64,000 nucleotides of DNA from Spirochaetaceae bacterium (GTDB lineage Bacteria > Spirochaetota > Spirochaetia > B11-G9): the NCBI GenBank assembly GCA_015493635.1, contig WGCU01000026.1, positions 7,718 to 71,717 of the forward strand. The letters are read 5' to 3'. The first letter of the stretch is position 1. Each line of letters begins with the position of its first letter. Shown here piece by piece: positions 59,910-64,000 of this stretch. Under the pieces are notes generated by a model. The model was not told where the DNA came from. It saw nothing but the letters and a program-made list of their open reading frames with translations, and made no database searches. Both the position numbers and the translations under genes were made by a program.

Positions 59910-60272
59910 ATGGAAACTAAAAAAGGATATCACGCAACTGCAAAATATCTAATGATTTCCCCCACTAAGGTGAGGCCTATTGCTGATACGATTCGGTTAA
60001 AACCGTATACTGAGGCAATGGCTATTCTGGAAAGTCTTCCGCAGAGAGGTGCGCTTTACCTGCGTAAAGTAGTAAAGTCAGCTGCGTCAAATGCACTTTC
60101 TCAGAATAATAAACTTGATGAGGAAATGCTGTTTGTTAAGGAGCTTCAGGTTAACGAAGGTCCCCGTTTAAAAAGAGTATGGCCGAGGGCACGGGGTAGA
60201 CGTGACATCCTTTTGAAAAGGATGAGCCATATCTATGTTGTTGTTGATGAAATTTCAGGAATGGGGGAATAA
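59910..60272 (+). CDS. rplV: 50S ribosomal protein L22
   Basis: SPTKVR, SAASNA, PRARGR. Confidence 0.96.
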   Translation: METKKGYHATAKYLMISPTKVRPIADTIRLKPYTEAMAILESLPQRGALYLRKVVKSAASNALSQNNKLDEEMLFVKELQVNEGPRLKRVWPRARGRRDILLKRMSHIYVVVDEISGMGE

Positions 60273-60980
60273 ATGGGTCAGAAAGTTAATCCTATAGGGC
60301 TGCGTCTTGGTGTAAATAAAACCTGGAAGTCGAAATGGTATGTTGACCCCCGAGAATATGCGGACACGCTTCACGAGGATCTGCGCCTGAGAAAAGAAAT
60401 GTTGAATGCACCTGAGACAAAAGGTGCAGAGATATCAGATATTGAAATTATCAGGCATCCTCAGCGTATTACGCTGGTTGTTAAGACTTCACGTCCTGGA
60501 ATTATTATAGGGGCAAAAGGTGCCACTATAGAAAAAATCGGTGCCCGGCTACAAAAATCTGCAAGTAAAAAAGTGCAGATTAAAATTAAGGAAGTCAAAA
60601 AACCTGATATGGATGCACAGCTTATTGCTCTTAACGTAGCAAGACAGTTGAAGTCCAGAGGTTCTTTCAGGCGGACGCTGAAAATGGCAGTGAACAACGC
60701 CATGAAAGCAGGAGCTCAGGGAGTTAAGATTAGACTTTCCGGTAGATTGGGCGGAGCTGAAATGGCACGTACCGAATGGCATAAAGATGGAAGAGTGCCT
60801 CTGCATACTCTCCGGTCTGATATAGACTATGGATTTGCTGAGTCTCACACTACATTTGGTGCGATAGGTGTAAAAGTCTGGATTTTTAACGGTGATCTGT
60901 ATGGTAAAGAACGTAAGGAAGATGCTGGACTTCTTGTACGTAAAAACAGAAACAGAGATAAAGCACCTTCAAGGAGATAA
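60273..60980 (+). CDS. rpsC: 30S ribosomal protein S3
   Basis: [27 protein letters not shown]. Confidence 0.97.
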   Translation: MGQKVNPIGLRLGVNKTWKSKWYVDPREYADTLHEDLRLRKEMLNAPETKGAEISDIEIIRHPQRITLVVKTSRPGIIIGAKGATIEKIGARLQKSASKKVQIKIKEVKKPDMDAQLIALNVARQLKSRGSFRRTLKMAVNNAMKAGAQGVKIRLSGRLGGAEMARTEWHKDGRVPLHTLRSDIDYGFAESHTTFGAIGVKVWIFNGDLYGKERKEDAGLLVRKNRNRDKAPSRR

Positions 60981-60986
60981 AAGGAA

Positions 60987-61403
60987 ATGCTGAGTCCAAA
61001 AAGAACTAAATACAGAAAAAAACAGCGGGGCAAAAGGGACGGTGTTGCACGTCGAGGGAACAAAATCTCCTTTGGGGATTTCGGGCTAATCGCTCTGGAA
61101 CCAAAATGGATAACAAATCGTCAGATAGAGGCTGCACGTGTAGCCATGACCCGTAAAATAAAGAGAGGCGGTAAGGTCTGGATAAGGATTTTTCCGGATA
61201 TGCCTTTCACAAAGAAACCCGCTGAAACCAGGCAGGGAAAGGGCAAAGGAAACCCTGAAGGCTGGGTTGCGGTTGTTAAAACGGGAGCGGTTATGTTTGA
61301 AATGGCCGGTGTCAGCAATGAACTTGCAAAAGAGGCAATGGCGTTGGCAAGCAGTAAACTTCCAATAAAAACAAAGTTTGTAGTTAGGCGTGATCTGGAG
61401 TAG
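60987..61403 (+). CDS. rplP: 50S ribosomal protein L16
   Basis: [22 protein letters not shown]. Confidence 0.97.
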   Translation: MLSPKRTKYRKKQRGKRDGVARRGNKISFGDFGLIALEPKWITNRQIEAARVAMTRKIKRGGKVWIRIFPDMPFTKKPAETRQGKGKGNPEGWVAVVKTGAVMFEMAGVSNELAKEAMALASSKLPIKTKFVVRRDLE

Positions 61404-61406
61404 AAA

Positions 61407-61610
61407 ATGAAAGATTCTTTTAAAGAGTTGACATACAATGAGTTGGTTGAAAAACGGGAAGAGCTGAGTAGAAAGTTTCTTGATTTACGGATCAGTAATG
61501 TTATGGGGCATGTTGAAAATCCTCTTGAAAAACGTATAATAAAGAGAAAAATTTCAAGGCTCAATACCATTATTCATGAGTACGCTCTTGGAATACGTAA
61601 GAGCAGTTAG
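61407..61610 (+). CDS. rpmC: 50S ribosomal protein L29
   Basis: Operon position; LR...ENP...KRKISRLNT. Confidence 0.92.
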   Translation: MKDSFKELTYNELVEKREELSRKFLDLRISNVMGHVENPLEKRIIKRKISRLNTIIHEYALGIRKSS

Positions 61611-61641
61611 AACTGAATATTATTTTAAAGAGGCCGTGGAA

Positions 61642-61893
61642 ATGAAAGTAAACAAGAAGAACTATACAGGACAGGTTGTAAGCGATAAAATGGAAAAAAC
61701 CATCGTTGTTGCTATTACAACAAAAACCCTGCATAGGCTTTATAAGAAGTATGTTACAAGGACAAAAAAGGTAAAAGCTCATGATGAGCGGAATGAGGCT
61801 CATATGGGAGATACGGTACGGGTTGTTGAATGCAGGCCTTTGAGTAAAGAAAAAAGGTGGCGTCTGGCAGAGATTGTCGAGAGGGCAAAATAG
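61642..61893 (+). CDS. rpsQ: 30S ribosomal protein S17
   Basis: [23 protein letters not shown]. Start likely ATG 61642. Confidence 0.95.
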   Translation: MKVNKKNYTGQVVSDKMEKTIVVAITTKTLHRLYKKYVTRTKKVKAHDERNEAHMGDTVRVVECRPLSKEKRWRLAEIVERAK

Positions 61894-61912
61894 AAGAAGA
61901 AGGAGTTGCGTT

Positions 61913-62281
61913 ATGATTCAGATGCAAACATACCTGAATGTAGCGGATAACAGTGGCGCAAAGAAAGTACAGTGCATTAAAGTCCTTGGCGGCAGTAAAA
62001 GAAAAACCGCTGGTATTGGGGATATTATTGTTGTTGCGGTTAAGGATGCTTTACCCAATGCAGCAATAGCAAAAGGTGATGTACAGAAGGCAGTTATTGT
62101 AAGAACTAAAAAAGAGTTCCGGAGACCTGATGGCACATATATACGTTTTGATGATAATGCATGTGTTATTATTGATGCTAATAATAATCCAAAAGGCAAG
62201 CGTATTTTTGGGCCTGTGGCAAGAGAACTGAGAGATGTGGGTTATATGAAAATCGTATCGCTTGCACCTGAAGTGCTTTAG
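61913..62281 (+). CDS. rplN: 50S ribosomal protein L14
   Basis: [29 protein letters not shown]. Confidence 0.97.
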   Translation: MIQMQTYLNVADNSGAKKVQCIKVLGGSKRKTAGIGDIIVVAVKDALPNAAIAKGDVQKAVIVRTKKEFRRPDGTYIRFDDNACVIIDANNNPKGKRIFGPVARELRDVGYMKIVSLAPEVL

Positions 62282-62290
62282 GGAGAAACC

Positions 62291-62611
62291 ATGAAAAAGA
62301 AGATTAAAACAAGGCTGAAGAAAGATGATACAGTTAAAGTTTTAACGGGAAGAGAAAAGGGTAAAACCGGACGCGTTTTGAGTGTTGACAACGAGAAAGG
62401 GAGAGTCCTGATACATGGTCTGAATCTTGTTAAAAAAGCTGTACGGAAAAAAAGTCAGCAAGATAAAGGCGGGATAATTGAAATTGAAGCTCCTGTACAT
62501 ATTTCCAATGTAGCTTTAATAACAAAGAGCGGGCAAATCTCAAAAATTGGATATAAATTTCAAGATGGCAAAAAAGTACGGATTGCCAGAAAGACTGGAG
62601 ATGTAATCTGA
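62291..62611 (+). CDS. rplX: 50S ribosomal protein L24
   Basis: [20 protein letters not shown]. Confidence 0.96.
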   Translation: MKKKIKTRLKKDDTVKVLTGREKGKTGRVLSVDNEKGRVLIHGLNLVKKAVRKKSQQDKGGIIEIEAPVHISNVALITKSGQISKIGYKFQDGKKVRIARKTGDVI

Positions 62612-63162
62612 TGGAACAGTATGTACCGAATTTAAAACAGCTTTATGATAAAAAGATTGCCTCTGAATTGAGGAAAGAGTTTGGCTATAAATCTCCAATG
62701 CAGATACCAAGGTTGGAAAAGGTTACGGTAAGTGTTGGAGTTGGAGAGGCCATTCAGAACAAAAAACTTCTTGAAGCTGCAGTTAAAGATCTTGAACAGA
62801 TTACAGGGCAGCATGTTGTTAAAACAAAGGCAAGAAAATCAATTTCTAACTTCAAAGTGAGAGAAGGAATGGAAATTGGTGCTAAAGTCACTCTCCGCGG
62901 TGAAAGAATGTGGGAGTTCCTGGACAGATTTATGAATGTAGCTCTTGCCAGGGTAAAAGACTTTAGAGGTGTAAATCCTAATGCGTTTGATGGTCATGGA
63001 AATTATTCAATCGGTATCACCGAGCAGATAATATTCCCTGAGATTGATTACGATAAAATAGAACGGGTAAGTGGTCTGAATATAGCGATTGGTACAACTG
63101 CAAAAACAGATCAGGAAGCTCGCTCTTTATTAAAAAAATTAGGTATGCCTTTCAGGAAGTAG
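62611..63162 (+). CDS. rplE: 50S ribosomal protein L5
   Basis: [20 protein letters not shown]. Confidence 0.97.
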   Translation: MEQYVPNLKQLYDKKIASELRKEFGYKSPMQIPRLEKVTVSVGVGEAIQNKKLLEAAVKDLEQITGQHVVKTKARKSISNFKVREGMEIGAKVTLRGERMWEFLDRFMNVALARVKDFRGVNPNAFDGHGNYSIGITEQIIFPEIDYDKIERVSGLNIAIGTTAKTDQEARSLLKKLGMPFRK

Positions 63163-63176
63163 GGAGTAAGTAAGAA

Positions 63177-63362
63177 ATGGCAAAAAAATCAATGATTGTA
63201 AAAGCCCAGCGAAAACCAAAATACAGCACGCGAGCGGTAAATAGATGCCGTATATGTGGAAGACCCAGAGGATATATGAGGAAATTCCAGATGTGCAGGA
63301 TATGCTTCCGGAAATTGGCCAATGAAGGTCTTATTCCCGGTGTAACAAAGTCGAGCTGGTAG
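63177..63362 (+). CDS. rpsN: 30S ribosomal protein S14, zinc-binding (type Z)
   Basis: 61 aa; CRICGR..CRICFR. Confidence 0.96.
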   Translation: MAKKSMIVKAQRKPKYSTRAVNRCRICGRPRGYMRKFQMCRICFRKLANEGLIPGVTKSSW

Positions 63363-63372
63363 GGAGAGGCAA

Positions 63373-63771
63373 ATGGCAGTAACTGATCCTGTAGCAGATA
63401 TGCTGACAAAACTTCGGAATGCAAATCTTGCGAAGTTTGAGAAGGTAGATGTAACAACGTCAAAGTTGAAATTGGAAGTGGTTAAAATTCTTAAGAACGA
63501 AGGATATATTAAGAATTTTAAGAAAACAACGAAAGGCAGTGTGAATTTTATCAGAATATTTCTGAAGTATGATTCACAGGAAATGCCGGTTATTCACGGT
63601 CTGAAGAAGATTTCTACACCGGGAAGAAGAATGTACACAGGTTATAAAAAATTGCCGCGGATTTTTAACGGGCATGGTGTGCTTGTGGTATCAACTTCTA
63701 ACGGTGTCATTACCGGGAAAAAAGCTTCAGAAAAGAAAATTGGTGGTGAACTGATTTGTTCAGTTTGGTAA
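63373..63771 (+). CDS. rpsH: 30S ribosomal protein S8
   Basis: [18 protein letters not shown]...W. Confidence 0.97.
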   Translation: MAVTDPVADMLTKLRNANLAKFEKVDVTTSKLKLEVVKILKNEGYIKNFKKTTKGSVNFIRIFLKYDSQEMPVIHGLKKISTPGRRMYTGYKKLPRIFNGHGVLVVSTSNGVITGKKASEKKIGGELICSVW

Positions 63772-63783
63772 AGCGGGGTATAT

Positions 63784-64000
63784 ATGTCTAGAATAGGTAA
63801 ATTGCCGATTGAGATACCTCAGGGTGTTAAAGTTAATATTTCGGCAGATTTGATTACTGTAGAAGGCCCGAAAGGTAAACTGACTCAGGGCTATAAGCCT
63901 GAAGTTACTATCAAAGTAGGCAAAAATGAGGTTGTTGTTGACCGTATAAATGATAGTAAAAGTGCACGGTCTTTTCATGGTCTTTACAGACAGCTTCTTC
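63784..64000 (+). CDS. rplF: 50S ribosomal protein L6 (3'-truncated by window edge)
   Basis: MSRIGKLPIEIPQGV..EGPKGKL..HGLYR; open to the end of the window. Confidence 0.95.
   Translation, partial: MSRIGKLPIEIPQGVKVNISADLITVEGPKGKLTQGYKPEVTIKVGKNEVVVDRINDSKSARSFHGLYRQLL

Noticed and set aside
1-64000. The many short ORFs antisense to or nested in long genes in the ORF track
   Set aside because: They are shadow ORFs of well-supported genes on the opposite strand or frame, with no motifs or RBS.
1-64000. CRISPR arrays, IS elements, integrases, prophage
   Set aside because: No regularly spaced direct repeats and no transposase, integrase or phage genes were seen. The three tRNAs show no evident duplicated 3' ends.

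Overview
A 64-kb chromosomal window from a spirochete (Spirochaetia, probably a free-living Spirochaetales). Support: spirochete-like RpoB/RpoC, an HTH-EIIA PtsN, an FAxGxxE signal peptide and an rpsL-rpsG locus lacking fusA. Bases 1-42.8 kb are housekeeping and accessory genes. They include a LolCDE-like ABC/LolA-like/outer-membrane-barrel module with a two-component system, a PtsN-CPA2-CusR/CusS-like-DegP gene string, two MCPs, a DUF134/DUF5320/MinD-4Fe-4S/NifB-NifX cluster, araB, eda, sensor kinases, radC, clpB, a TRAP transporter and glgP. Bases 42.9-64 kb are the core cluster: tRNA-Thr, rpmG, tRNA-Trp, secE, nusG, rplKAJL, rpoBC, rpsLG, tuf, and the S10 and spc operons. No CRISPR array, IS element, integrase or prophage was seen. 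Most notable observations: (1) a stand-alone 61-aa bacterial histone-fold gene; (2) a ~230-nt structured, terminator-ended leader RNA with its own promoter where fusA normally lies, upstream of tuf; (3) an unannotated 41-codon internally deleted MOSC mini-gene behind a canonical promoter at the end of a putative metallocofactor cluster; (4) a CusR/HprR-type box overlapping the kinase stop codon upstream of degP, whose terminator loop exposes an anti-Shine-Dalgarno sequence; (5) recurrent leaderless-promoter geometry. All protein family calls come from motif recognition by eye, not from database searches.
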